A stretch of DNA of 50,918 nucleotides, taken from Myxococcota bacterium. GTDB taxonomy: Bacteria; Myxococcota; XYA12-FULL-58-9; JABJBS01. The translations under genes were made by a program, and so were the position numbers. The first letter of the stretch is position 1. Every line of letters begins with the position of its first letter. The notes under the pieces are model-generated. The model had not been told where the DNA came from. It saw only the letters and a list, made by a program, of their open reading frames with translations, and searched no databases. Of the stretch, positions 39,426-50,047 are shown one piece after another. The DNA is taken from NCBI GenBank assembly GCA_036339465.1, contig JAYZAY010000042.1:1-50918 (forward strand). Reading direction: 5' to 3'.

Positions 39426-40712
39426 GTGACTGAAACTGCGAAACTGACAATTGGTAGTGATTCTTATGAACTGGGAATCATCGAGGGAACTGAGAACGAA
39501 AGAGCGGTTGATATTTCGAAACTTCGAGGCTCGAGTGGCATCATTACCATCGACTCAGGTTTTGCTAATACGGGATCGTGCAGGAGTGCGATAACCTATT
39601 TGGATGGAGAGAAAGGTATTTTGCGCTACCGGGGATACCCCATTGAGCAGTTGGCAGAGAAGGCAACTTTTTTAGAGGTCTCCTATCTCTTAATTTATGG
39701 GGAGTTGCCAACGCAAGAAGAACTCACGGAGTTTCGCTCTTCCATTACCAACCACACGCTCATCCATGAGGATATGAGGGCAATCTTTGATGCGTTTCCT
39801 CGGGCAGCGCACCCCATGGCCATCGCTTCTTCTGTTATTTGTGGACTTTCTACCTTTTATCAGGATTCCCACCCGGTTGGAGCTAAGGCGGACATGGATA
39901 GAACCATCCGGCGTATCCTGGCGAAATTGCCGACCATCGCTGCTTTTTCTTATCGAAAATCCCGTGGATTTCCGTTGATGTACCCAGACAATGCCCTTGA
40001 GTATTCGACGAACTTTTTGCGTATGATGTTTGGGCAACCCACAGAACCTTTCATTCCCGATCCTGACTTGGCTCGGATTTTGGATGTTCTTTTTATTTTG
40101 CACGCAGACCACGAACAAAATTGCAGTACGTCGACGGTTCGAATGGTGGGCAGTGCCGAAACCAATTTATACGCATCCATTGGGTCAGGAATTTGCGCCC
40201 TTTGGGGTGCGCTCCATGGTGGAGCCAATCAAAAGGTATTGGAAATGCTTGGTCAGATTGCCTCGAGTGGCATGACGGTTAAGGAATTCATTTCTAAGGT
40301 GAAGGATAAACAGAGTAACATTCTTCTTATGGGATTTGGCCACAGGGTTTATAAGAACTTTGATCCTCGCGCCAAGATCATTAAGAGAGAGTGTGATTAT
40401 GTACTCTCGAAGATGGGTATTCATGATCCACTCTTGGATGTGGCGAAGGAATTGGAGCAAGCTGCACTTGAAGATCCGTACTTTATTGAACGCAAACTCT
40501 ACCCCAATGTCGATTTCTATTCGGGGATTATTTATAAGGCCTTGGGGTTTCCCACCAATATGTTTACGGTTCTTTTTGCCATTGGTCGCCTTCCGGGCTG
40601 GATTGCCCAGTGGAAAGAGATGCGTGAAGATCCTAAGGCGCGCATCAGTCGTCCGAGACAAATCTATGTCGGTAGCAACGAGCGGACCTATGTCCCCATA
40701 TACGAGCGTTAA
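39426..40712 (+). CDS. gltA: Citrate synthase (type II-like)
   Basis: GILRYRGY, ILHADHEQNCST, LWGALHGGAN, MGFGHRVYKNFDPRA, YPNVDFYSG; GGAGG RBS before GTG. Confidence 0.98.
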   Translation: MTETAKLTIGSDSYELGIIEGTENERAVDISKLRGSSGIITIDSGFANTGSCRSAITYLDGEKGILRYRGYPIEQLAEKATFLEVSYLLIYGELPTQEELTEFRSSITNHTLIHEDMRAIFDAFPRAAHPMAIASSVICGLSTFYQDSHPVGAKADMDRTIRRILAKLPTIAAFSYRKSRGFPLMYPDNALEYSTNFLRMMFGQPTEPFIPDPDLARILDVLFILHADHEQNCSTSTVRMVGSAETNLYASIGSGICALWGALHGGANQKVLEMLGQIASSGMTVKEFISKVKDKQSNILLMGFGHRVYKNFDPRAKIIKRECDYVLSKMGIHDPLLDVAKELEQAALEDPYFIERKLYPNVDFYSGIIYKALGFPTNMFTVLFAIGRLPGWIAQWKEMREDPKARISRPRQIYVGSNERTYVPIYER

Positions 40713-40747
40713 TTGTCGAGTAGGGCGGTGCCTTGTTGACCGACGGT

Positions 40748-40778
40748 TGTATTCTCTCTGTATTCTCTCTGTATTCTC
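40748..40778. repeat. 11-bp tandem repeat (TGTATTCTCTC), two full copies plus 9 bp
   Basis: Read directly between the convergent gltA and dnaE stops. Confidence 0.85.
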
Positions 40779-40856
40779 GCCTTCTATATCCTGCTGCATC
40801 CTGGGGCTTGATTCGGACCGTCTGGTCTCTTTCTAAGCGATTTCTTTTGTTGTGGT

Positions 40857-43800
40857 TTAGTCCAGTTTTACACCAGCAGAGCCGACAATGGTTTCTATCC
40901 TTTGCAGTAGTTCATCGTGGGGTTGAATCGCTAGATGGTTTGGAAGCTTTATGAGTGTTTCCGACACATTCGGCCTAATGAGATGGAGCGTGACTGGCAT
41001 GGAGCCAGGATGTTGAGCCAGTGCTTCTCGGATTTGACGAAGCTTTTTGGAGTTGGCGTCTTCAGTGGACATTTTAATCTTTAATTTCGCAGATTTTTTC
41101 GCACGAATGTCACTGAGTAATTCTATTTCTTGGGCTCTGATTTTGACAAGACTTTCGTCGTCTCCTTCGACTGTAGGAACGCCACGAACACAAATGGGTT
41201 CGTCTGCTTTAATAATATGTTCGACTTCATTGAAAACCCGGCTGAATACAATAACTTCGCAGGTTCCATGTAAATCCTCTAATGCCAAAAAGGCCATACG
41301 CCCTTTCCCGTTTTTAAGAGGCCTCTCTCTCAGGCTCGATACCACGCCCGCGATATGAACTTCATTGAAGCGCCGGTTGCCCTTAGCGGCATCTGTGAGG
41401 TTGGCGGTGGTATGGGTTGTCAATCGAGCTAGGTCTTTGTTGTAGCGTCCCAATGGATGTCCGCTAATGTAGAAACCTAGGGCGTCTTTTTCATTTCTTA
41501 ATTTTAGTTTTTCAGGCCACTCTTCGATGTCGGGATAGGTTTCGTCAATTGTGCTATGACTGTTTTTATTTGTGTTGATGGTGGCAGCAAAAGCGTCGAA
41601 GAGATTTGTCTGTCCGCTCGCCAGATCTTTTTGCATTCTTTGCCCTGTTTCCAGGGCACGTGGGATGGCCTCAAAGAGCCGAGATCGGTGTTGTTTAAAT
41701 TGGTCCATAGCGCCGCTTTTGACAAGCGCTTCCATCACCTTTTTATTCACTTTGCGTAGGTCGACTTGTTCGCAAAAGCCGTAGATTGACCCAAAATAAC
41801 CCCCGTGCTTGGTTCGGGCTTCACAGATTGCTTCAATTGCAGAATCGCCTACCCCCTTAATACCGCCCATCCCAAATAATATTCCATACTTGTGCTTGGA
41901 AGCATTTTCTACTGGCACGACGGAGAAATCACGATCTGAGCGGTTAACATCGGGAGATAAGATTTGGATATCTCGTTCACGACAGCTTTGAATATAGCGA
42001 ACCACGTTATCTTGTGTTTTCATTTCGGTGGAAAGCAGAGAGGCCATATATTCCACTTCATAATAGCGTTTCAAATAAGCGGTCTGGTAGCTGATCAGGG
42101 CATAGGCAGCGCTATGACTTTTGTTGAACGCATAGCCGGCGAATTTCTCTATGAGGGTGAATAGGTCGTCGGCATCTTTTTGAGGCATCCCATTGAGTTC
42201 AAAGGCACCTTCTACGAATTGTTTTCGCATTTTGGCCATGACATCGGCTTTTTTCTTGCCCATCGCTTTACGGAGAATATCTGCTTGCCCCATACTGAAG
42301 CCGCAAAGGGAAACAGCGATTCGCATGACCTGCTCTTGGTAAACGATGACACCGTAGGTTGTACCCAAAATTGGCTCGCACACAGGATGCGGGTATTGGA
42401 CTTGTTTTCGGCCGTGCTTCCTCTCGATATAATCATCCACCATGCCTGAGTCGAGGGGGCCAGGTCGGTATAATGCAACGGCTGCTACAATATCTTCGAA
42501 ACAATCGGGTTTTAGGCGCTTTAAGAGCTCTTTGAATCCCGATGATTCCAATTGGAATACCCCGTCGGTATAGCCTTTTTGGATGAGCTTAAATATCTTT
42601 TCGTCATCGAGGGGGATGGCGCCGATATCGAAGTTTTTATTGGAGCCCATGGGGCCTTCACCAGGTCTTTTTTGGATGTGGTCAATGGCCCCAGATATGA
42701 CAGTTAGGGTTTTGAGGCCGAGGAAATCAAATTTCACAAGACCTGCCTCTTCCACTTCATCTTTCGCAAATTGGGTGACGAGTTCGCCGTTTTTACCACG
42801 GCACATTGGAACATATTCCCATAGGGGCTTGTCTCCTATGACGATGCCTGCAGCATGTATGCCTGTTTGGCGGTTTAATCCTTCCAGGTTTTTCGCAATT
42901 TTTATAATGTCTTTGTAGACAGGTTTTTCATCCTGGATTTCTCGGAGTTTCGGTTCAAGCTCCAATGCTTGCTCGATGCTTACTTTGCGCCCATTGATGA
43001 GTCCGGGAATGAGTTTCGTTAATTCGTTAATTTCTGCAAAGGGAACTTCCATAACGCGCCCGACGTCTTTAATGACCACTTTGGCGGAAAGTTCTGAATA
43101 TGTGACAATTTGTCCGACGTTGTTTGCCCCGTATTTGTCGCCCACATATTGGATGACTTCACCTCGTCGGTCTTGGCAGAAATCAATGTCGAAGTCCGGC
43201 ATTGAGACCCGTTCTGGGTTGAGGAAGCGTTCGAAGATTAGATCGTAAGGAATCGGGTCTAAATCTGTAATATTAAGGGAATATGCCACCATGCTTCCCG
43301 CTCCACTGCCGCGGCCAGGGCCTACCGGGATCCCATTTTCTTTCGCATAGTTAATGAAATCCCAGACGATGAGGAAATAACCGGCAAATCCCATTTTGAC
43401 GATAACACCGAGTTCATACTCAAGTCGCTCCTTGTAGTGTGCCTCGTCTATGGGATAGTTTGCCGCTTGGATTCGTTGCTTAAGACCCTCAAATGCGACT
43501 TTTTCTAGGTAGGATTCCCGGCTACAACCTTCAGGAACACCATATTTGGGGAGAAAGGTCTGGGATAGGTCCAAGTCGACGTTACAAGCGTTGGCGATCC
43601 GAACCGTGTTTTCGACGGCTTCTGGGGAGAGCTTACCCAATGTGTCCCAGATTTGTTGGGGGGATTTTATATAAAGTTCGTCTGAATGTGGAAATGATTT
43701 TTCTCGGAAGTCTCGGAGGGATCGGTTTTGCTGAATACACATTAACACTTCATGGGCATCCGAGTCTTCGGGGTTTACGTAATGGGCATCTGCGGTGGCC

Positions 43801-44408
43801 ACCATGGGGATGTCGTAGGTTTTTCCTATTTCCAGAAGTGTTTGATTCGCACGCTTTTGAACGTCATAGCCGTTGTCTTGAATTTCTAGGAAAAAATGCC
43901 CGGGTTCAAAAATGTCTTTGAACTCTTTTGCAGATGCAGCTGCCGCACTCTCACCTTGCTTAAGGAGTGGTTTGTTAACGACTCCCCCGAGGCAGGCGGA
44001 CAATCCATAGATCCCCTTACTGTGTTTTCGAAGTAAGTCTTTGTCGATTCGTGGGTTGTAATAATACCCTTCGAGAAAGCCCATGGAGATCAGGTATGAG
44101 AGATTCTTATAACCCTCGTTGTCTTTGGCGAGGAGCACCAGATGGGCTGAATCGCGTTTGGATTTGTCATGGCGGGTGCTTTCCATGGAAATATAGGCTT
44201 CGCAGCCAAAAATTGGTTTGACCTTTTGTTTCTTGGCTCGCTTATAGAAATCTATGGCGCCATACATATTGCCGTGGTCTGTAACCGCGACACTGTCCAT
44301 TCCTCGTTCTTCGATCGCTGGGGCCAGATCTTTCATACGGATGGCGCCGTCGAGGAGGGAATATTGGGTGTGAAGATGTAGATGGGTGAAACCGGGATCT
44401 CTTCTCAT
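40857..44408 (-). CDS. dnaE: DNA polymerase III alpha subunit
   Basis: HLHLHTQYSLLDG PHP start, GPGRGSGAGS, RVSMPDFDIDF, KFDFLGL, YAFNKSH, OB fold. Confidence 0.98.
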   Translation of the reverse strand: MRRDPGFTHLHLHTQYSLLDGAIRMKDLAPAIEERGMDSVAVTDHGNMYGAIDFYKRAKKQKVKPIFGCEAYISMESTRHDKSKRDSAHLVLLAKDNEGYKNLSYLISMGFLEGYYYNPRIDKDLLRKHSKGIYGLSACLGGVVNKPLLKQGESAAAASAKEFKDIFEPGHFFLEIQDNGYDVQKRANQTLLEIGKTYDIPMVATADAHYVNPEDSDAHEVLMCIQQNRSLRDFREKSFPHSDELYIKSPQQIWDTLGKLSPEAVENTVRIANACNVDLDLSQTFLPKYGVPEGCSRESYLEKVAFEGLKQRIQAANYPIDEAHYKERLEYELGVIVKMGFAGYFLIVWDFINYAKENGIPVGPGRGSGAGSMVAYSLNITDLDPIPYDLIFERFLNPERVSMPDFDIDFCQDRRGEVIQYVGDKYGANNVGQIVTYSELSAKVVIKDVGRVMEVPFAEINELTKLIPGLINGRKVSIEQALELEPKLREIQDEKPVYKDIIKIAKNLEGLNRQTGIHAAGIVIGDKPLWEYVPMCRGKNGELVTQFAKDEVEEAGLVKFDFLGLKTLTVISGAIDHIQKRPGEGPMGSNKNFDIGAIPLDDEKIFKLIQKGYTDGVFQLESSGFKELLKRLKPDCFEDIVAAVALYRPGPLDSGMVDDYIERKHGRKQVQYPHPVCEPILGTTYGVIVYQEQVMRIAVSLCGFSMGQADILRKAMGKKKADVMAKMRKQFVEGAFELNGMPQKDADDLFTLIEKFAGYAFNKSHSAAYALISYQTAYLKRYYEVEYMASLLSTEMKTQDNVVRYIQSCRERDIQILSPDVNRSDRDFSVVPVENASKHKYGILFGMGGIKGVGDSAIEAICEARTKHGGYFGSIYGFCEQVDLRKVNKKVMEALVKSGAMDQFKQHRSRLFEAIPRALETGQRMQKDLASGQTNLFDAFAATINTNKNSHSTIDETYPDIEEWPEKLKLRNEKDALGFYISGHPLGRYNKDLARLTTHTTANLTDAAKGNRRFNEVHIAGVVSSLRERPLKNGKGRMAFLALEDLHGTCEVIVFSRVFNEVEHIIKADEPICVRGVPTVEGDDESLVKIRAQEIELLSDIRAKKSAKLKIKMSTEDANSKKLRQIREALAQHPGSMPVTLHLIRPNVSETLIKLPNHLAIQPHDELLQRIETIVGSAGVKLD

Positions 44409-44941
44409 TAATTTTCCGTCGTGTGAATTGGCTTTTGTTTTATCTTTTGGTGTGCGTTTCCGCGCTTACCATACATGTAAAGATGCGCGCTTCCCACTCT
44501 TTTATAGCCGCTCGGGTTTTAGATGGGGTCGGAAAAAGATTCTACCATTTTCTGTACTTAGAGAGATTTTACGAACGTGACCCCTTTACATTCAACATTT
44601 CGAGCGTTAACACCACGCCGTATGATCGATGGGCAGGACCCCACAGCGGATAAAGGTATTGAGCGAAGGTATTCCTTTGGTGTTGATGGGGGTATGGAGT
44701 GTGTCAGAGCATTAGACAAAAAACCGAGGCGATAAATTTCAACTCCAGGCGAGCTGGAATGGTGCAGAGGCTAGGGTTGCTGACAAAGGGGTAACAGGAA
44801 TGCTCATGATTTCCGAAAATAGGATTCTTGTGGAGATTAAATTCGGTTTTGCTCTCAATATGTTTAAGGGAGCGATCAATAAGTGTGTAGAAGCAACCAC
44901 CGATGAGGTGCTCGCTAGGAGCTAGGGCAAAGGAGTCATTC

Positions 44942-45904
44942 ATGTTATTACCCTCCCCTAAAGAAGGTTCGGAGATTGACCTTTTTAAGGCGATCGAAGA
45001 GCTTAAGAAAGAACGAAATGCTGTTATTATGGCGCATTATTATCAAGAGCCGGATATTCAAGACATTGCCGATGTGTTGGGTGATTCTCTGAAATTAGCG
45101 CGAGAAGCCCAGAAAACCGATGCGGATGTGATTGTGCTCTGCGGGGTCCATTTTATGGCAGAGACTGCGAAGATTTTAAATCCAGATAAAATTGTCGTTT
45201 TGCCCGATGAAAATGCCGGTTGTTCTTTGGCAGATTCCTGTCCTACCGAATCTTTCAGGGCGTTTTGTCGGAAACACCCGGAGCACACGGTCGTAAGTTA
45301 TATCAATACGACGGCGGAAATTAAGGCTCTTTCGGATTGGATTTGTACCTCGAGCAACGCGACCGATGTTGTTGCCGCTATACCCAAAGATAAACCCATT
45401 ATTTTTTCGCCTGATGTGAATCTCGGTCGGTATGTTGAGCAACAATGTGGCCGGGATATGTTGATTTGGCAAGGCAGCTGTATGGTCCATGTGACGTTCA
45501 AGGAGCGCCGGGTTTTGGAGTTACTTGCTCAAAATGCGGATGCTGAATTTATCGCCCACCCGGAATGTGAGCCCGCGATTTTACAGCATGCTTCGTTTAT
45601 TGGTTCTACAAAAGCGATGCTTGAGTATACCCAAGAATCGCCCACCGAGTGTTTCATTGTTGCCACAGAGAATGGGATTTTACACACGATGGCCAAGGCA
45701 TCGCCCCATAAACGATTTATTCCTGCGGCTCCGGAAAATGGCGACGTTTCAACTTGTGGTTGTAGCACTTGCCCGTTTATGAAGTTGAATACATTGGAAA
45801 GAGTTTATGAGTGCCTTCGTGATTTGCATCCTCGGATCGAGATGAAAGAGGAGCTCAGGTTGGCCGCGTTGAAGCCCATCGAACGGATGCTCAGTATTGG
45901 GTAG
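44942..45904 (+). CDS. nadA: Quinolinate synthase
   Basis: [55 protein letters not shown] before ATG 44942. Confidence 0.97.
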   Translation: MLLPSPKEGSEIDLFKAIEELKKERNAVIMAHYYQEPDIQDIADVLGDSLKLAREAQKTDADVIVLCGVHFMAETAKILNPDKIVVLPDENAGCSLADSCPTESFRAFCRKHPEHTVVSYINTTAEIKALSDWICTSSNATDVVAAIPKDKPIIFSPDVNLGRYVEQQCGRDMLIWQGSCMVHVTFKERRVLELLAQNADAEFIAHPECEPAILQHASFIGSTKAMLEYTQESPTECFIVATENGILHTMAKASPHKRFIPAAPENGDVSTCGCSTCPFMKLNTLERVYECLRDLHPRIEMKEELRLAALKPIERMLSIG

Positions 45905-45935
45905 CTAAATCTGGTATGGGGGGGCATCGGATGCT

Positions 45936-47267
45936 TTAGCTGACTAGGGCGGACCGAATTCTTTCGAAACGGTTTGTGGCTTCTTCCAATTCGACCTTTT
46001 GGTATATCGGTTTTGTTTTTCGGGGTTTACTCAAATCATATCCCCCCTGCTCTGGCCGTTTATGGCCGATGGCATGGATAAAAGCTCTATCCAAATCTTC
46101 AGCGGATGAGCTGAGTTCATTTTGGGGCACCCGCTTTAACCAACTATCAGCGATAGGGTCTGCCATATATTTTTGAACGATGCTTTGCAGATTGCGGATT
46201 TCTTTGAAGCCCAATCGGAAAAGATTGGCGAGGGTCTCCGTTTCGAGAATAGGCAGGACACTGTCTATCACACTTGTGCGGTGTGCATCGACCATGGCTT
46301 GATTGGGGCTGAGTTTTTGCTCGAGTCCCAATGATATGGTGGCGACTGCGTAATCCAAGTAGCTTTTTGCCGTATCAAAATCCTTTGGGCTTTCACCGAA
46401 ACCCACCACGAGCCCGTTGGCGATATTGAGCAGCTGTATTTGAAAGTGCTTTCTAAGGTTGGGGGCTTCGATGGCGGCAATTCCTAAGGAAAGTAAGTCT
46501 GGGCCAGAGGGTAGCGCATAGCTGGTGGCCAGGCCTTGGGTGTCCAACGGAGAAAATGCGGCTCCACGGTTGGTGTTATCTTGTTTATGGGGGGCAGAGA
46601 ACAATCCCAGTGATGATTCACTATTGGGAAATCCCATTTCTTCGAGTCGCCCTGTTTTAAATTGGTAAGCTTGTTCCTCAGTACTTGATTGGAGCTCCCA
46701 AATAGAACTTTGGATAATCTTATAGGCTTCATTAGGCACAAATTTGTATAGAGATTGTAATAGTCGAATCAATTCCGGCCCATCTGAATCCCCAGCACTG
46801 GATTTTGGTGCGACAACAAAAAACCTGTCTGGCGTGACCCACGACCCAGGCTCGGAGGCTAGGGGAGGCAGACTGTCTTCTTTTTCTTCAATAGAGATGA
46901 TCAGTAATTCTTGCGCGAAATAAAGAGTTTGTATTTCATTCTCGATGGCCAGAAACGCGGCTACCTCGGCTTGGGGACTGAGCCCGGCGAAGGGTTGTAG
47001 CCACTTGGTTAATGCCGAGGGTTTAAACAAATCTTTATTCCAACAGTCCAGATCCACAAATGCTTGAAGTTGGGAGGCGCTACAGGCGCGTAAGATCGGC
47101 GCAGCATCAATGGTGCCGAGCTCCTTGACCATGAAGTAAATATCAAGGGCAGGCAGTTGGCTAACCACTTGTGTTAGAGCTTCAGACTGGAGGAGCTCCT
47201 TAGCTCGCTTTGAAAGCTCGTTGGAATTGGTGAAGGGCTGGCGGAAGTAAAGTAAGCTCTTTTTCAT
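45936..47267 (-). CDS. DUF6178-like protein
   Basis: IYFMVKELG..DA...QLQAFVDLDCW, EEQAYQFKTGRLEEMGFP, LFRLGF; family recalled from deltaproteobacterial genomes. Confidence 0.7.
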   Translation of the reverse strand: MKKSLLYFRQPFTNSNELSKRAKELLQSEALTQVVSQLPALDIYFMVKELGTIDAAPILRACSASQLQAFVDLDCWNKDLFKPSALTKWLQPFAGLSPQAEVAAFLAIENEIQTLYFAQELLIISIEEKEDSLPPLASEPGSWVTPDRFFVVAPKSSAGDSDGPELIRLLQSLYKFVPNEAYKIIQSSIWELQSSTEEQAYQFKTGRLEEMGFPNSESSLGLFSAPHKQDNTNRGAAFSPLDTQGLATSYALPSGPDLLSLGIAAIEAPNLRKHFQIQLLNIANGLVVGFGESPKDFDTAKSYLDYAVATISLGLEQKLSPNQAMVDAHRTSVIDSVLPILETETLANLFRLGFKEIRNLQSIVQKYMADPIADSWLKRVPQNELSSSAEDLDRAFIHAIGHKRPEQGGYDLSKPRKTKPIYQKVELEEATNRFERIRSALVS

Positions 47268-47273
47268 GTGAGA

Positions 47274-48248
47274 TTAGACCCTTAGCGGATTGATTTTTTC
47301 CGCTGATCCTTCTTCGCCCATCATTGATAGGGCTGCTACGTCGGCTGCATTATTTTCGAGTTCTTCCTCGTTCGCTTCGGTTTCACCTTCATGGTCATCG
47401 TGTTCTGCCAAGTTATCAGCTTGCATGGCTTTTTCGCTAGCGCGGGCTTCTGCTTCAAGGAGGGTCGCTGGTTTGGGTGGTACAACTGCACCATTGGTAG
47501 CAGCGAGGTCACTGAGGGCGTCGTAGTATTTTCTTCCCATGGTGAGGAGCTTATCTTCGATGAGTTCCAATTTGTTTTTCGAGATGATGTCGATACGACG
47601 GTATTTCTCCACTTGGCTTTTCATGCCTTTAAGGTTTTTTCTGAGTTCACCGTGCTCACGTTTTTCCGTGTTCAATTTATTCTTAATGCCCTTGAGTTCA
47701 CTGTTTTTTGATTCCTCAACGTTGGCTAGCTCTTCAACTTGCTTTTGTAGTTTCAGGATTTCTTTGCTGAGCTCTGCCTGCTTAGTGGCATCGGGATCTA
47801 GGGCATCGACGCCTTTGGGAGGTTCCGCTAAACTTATTGGGTGGGCAGCCAGTTCGAGTTTTCGTTCAAGCTTTTGTTCACGTGCCTGAAAATCAACCTT
47901 TGAATTCTTGAACTCTTCTTGAAGTAAGTGATGTTTCTTTTTGTGTTCCTGAAAATCTTTTTTGAGTTTCGCTAGGGTTTGAGATTTTTCATTGTTTTGA
48001 GTTTGAGTTCGATTAATTTCAGAGCGAAGATTCTTGGTTGTAATAGCCAGCTCATCGAAAGCTGCTTGCTTCTGAGTTAATTCTTGCTTGGTGGCGTTTA
48101 ATTTGGAAAGCGCCCAAGAGATGGCACCAGCTAGGGCTAGACAGATGATTCCAAGTGCCAGTGTCAGTCCGTGCCCTGCACTCTCCCCCTCTACGACTCC
48201 GGCAGCCGACGATAAAATTAGGTTTAATAGATTGTTCAACATTCCCAT
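47274..48248 (-). CDS. Membrane-anchored coiled-coil protein
   Basis: N-terminal TM, long K/E-rich heptads, acidic tail; GAGG RBS before ATG 48248; 6 nt from the DUF6178-like gene. Confidence 0.75.
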   Translation of the reverse strand: MGMLNNLLNLILSSAAGVVEGESAGHGLTLALGIICLALAGAISWALSKLNATKQELTQKQAAFDELAITTKNLRSEINRTQTQNNEKSQTLAKLKKDFQEHKKKHHLLQEEFKNSKVDFQAREQKLERKLELAAHPISLAEPPKGVDALDPDATKQAELSKEILKLQKQVEELANVEESKNSELKGIKNKLNTEKREHGELRKNLKGMKSQVEKYRRIDIISKNKLELIEDKLLTMGRKYYDALSDLAATNGAVVPPKPATLLEAEARASEKAMQADNLAEHDDHEGETEANEEELENNAADVAALSMMGEEGSAEKINPLRV

Positions 48249-48432
48249 TACCTCAAACGGATAGTCCGTAATTATAGTATCCCAAGTCCGGTCTCTCTGC
48301 CGTCGAGTGGGAGGCCTTGTCAAGGGATTGTGGGCCAAGAGGTACAGAATCTTCCCAATAATCTTGGCGCCTTACTTGATTCTCTTTAGGATCCAGACAA
48401 GATAGGTTATTCGTTGGGATTGAAGAGGTTCT

Positions 48433-49818
48433 ATGGTTAACGACGAAGATGAGACAAGGGTGCTCGATCCAGAGAGGACGGTTTCGGACGACCCTCCTGA
48501 AGAGGAGTGTGAAGACTCCGTGACTCAAGCCGAGGTTTGTGAGATTGGGGATGATCGCAGCTCCTTAGCTTCGGGTGAACATCAGGCTCTTAAGCCGGGC
48601 CAGACCACTGAAGTTTGCGGAAATATCATCGAAGGGGTGACTCGAAGCGAACCCCTACCATCGTTTTTTGAGGCCCCTGCTTCCGATGGTGATGGTTGGG
48701 ATGACCAATCGCCAAGGGAGGTCCATGCTCCGGTTGTGAAGGAGAGCCTCGCGAGTGCAGCTACTTTGATGTGGCATAAAGACGATCTCGGAAATCTGGA
48801 ATTACATAGAGACTCCCTCCCAACCCCAACCCCAATTGGGGGTTTAGAACCAAAAATGGAGTTTGGTTTGGATGGAGACACGGCTCACCCTCCCCAGGTC
48901 GAGTTGATGGTGTTGGAGCCAGAAAGGCTCAAGTGCCGAATTGTACTGGAGAAAGAAGCCAATATCGGTCGATTAAGCAAATGCGAATTGCAGATCGATG
49001 ACCATTCGGTTTCTCGGATGCACGCGCGTGTACGCTTAAGGGGAGATGGTCAGTATGAGGTTGAAGATTTAGACTCACACAATGGCACCATTGTGAATGG
49101 CGATAAGGTTTCGAGGGCAGTGCTTGATTTTGGCGATGAAATTTTGCTTGGAATTGTACGGCTGCGTTTTGGTTTACCCAGTGGCTCAACGCCTGACGAT
49201 ATTTCTGAAATGGGTGTGCCAGAAACGGAAGAACCTCGGCCCTTTAAGTTCAATCGAACGCATATGGCTGTTGTGGTGAGCGTTCTTTTATTTGTGGTAA
49301 CAGTTGGGATAGTCGCTTGGAAGCAGGATTCTGTGGGAGGCGATAATTACAGCCAGTGGTTTCAGGGGAAATCGTTTCCTGAATTTAAGAAAGGGGTCCG
49401 GGCATTTTCCCTGCGAAATTGGGACCAAGCATTTGAATATTTTCAAGAGGCTCGGCGAATGGAGCCCGACAGAGAGTACATTGTTGATTATCTAGACGCG
49501 ATCGATCGAGAGCGTGTTGCGGCTGAAAATTTGATGTTGGCCAAGAAAGCCAGGGATGCCAGGGAGTTTGCTTCTGCACAGAGACTTGCTCAAAAGGCTG
49601 CTGGGTCCATCTATTCTAGGGGAGATGCCAAAGAGGTTCTCAAGGCCATCGAACTGTCGGCGAAAATGCAGTTCACGAGGGGGCGTCAAATGTTGCTAAG
49701 TGGCAACTTGGATGGTGCAATCGAGGTACTCGAAGGCGTGGTCAAACTTTTGCCTGAATGGGGTGAAGCAAAGAGTACGCTTCTTTATGCAAAAAGTCTT
49801 CGGAATTCATCCAAGTAG
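48433..49818 (+). CDS. FHA-domain membrane protein with extracytoplasmic TPRs
   Basis: IGRLSKC..IDDHSVSRMHA..DLDSHNGTIVNG FHA signature; single TM; TPR-like C-terminus; acidic disordered N-terminus. Confidence 0.9.
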   Translation: MVNDEDETRVLDPERTVSDDPPEEECEDSVTQAEVCEIGDDRSSLASGEHQALKPGQTTEVCGNIIEGVTRSEPLPSFFEAPASDGDGWDDQSPREVHAPVVKESLASAATLMWHKDDLGNLELHRDSLPTPTPIGGLEPKMEFGLDGDTAHPPQVELMVLEPERLKCRIVLEKEANIGRLSKCELQIDDHSVSRMHARVRLRGDGQYEVEDLDSHNGTIVNGDKVSRAVLDFGDEILLGIVRLRFGLPSGSTPDDISEMGVPETEEPRPFKFNRTHMAVVVSVLLFVVTVGIVAWKQDSVGGDNYSQWFQGKSFPEFKKGVRAFSLRNWDQAFEYFQEARRMEPDREYIVDYLDAIDRERVAAENLMLAKKARDAREFASAQRLAQKAAGSIYSRGDAKEVLKAIELSAKMQFTRGRQMLLSGNLDGAIEVLEGVVKLLPEWGEAKSTLLYAKSLRNSSK

Positions 49819-50047
49819 CTAAAATCACAGAGTTGTGGCGCATTGAGTGGTTGAAGGGGAGCTTTGATGTCAGTGTTCCGATGGTGTGGAGTTACACGAT
49901 TCATCGGTATTGATTCGCTATTATTTGGTGGCGGGTTTTTGATTTTGGGTGCTGGGTCCCTGTACACTATGAGCGTAACTTTGTTTCGTCGGTTGAGGGC
50001 TCAGCAGTTCAATAAGCTGCTAGTCCACGAAAGGAATATGGGGCTTA

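Noticed and set aside
40857..44408. Intein in DnaE
   Set aside because: 1183 aa is a normal length and no splice-junction motifs or large insert are visible
44620..44650. SRP (4.5S) RNA
   Set aside because: CAGG...CAGC is present but the GGAA tetraloop and AGCAG helix-8 motif are missing
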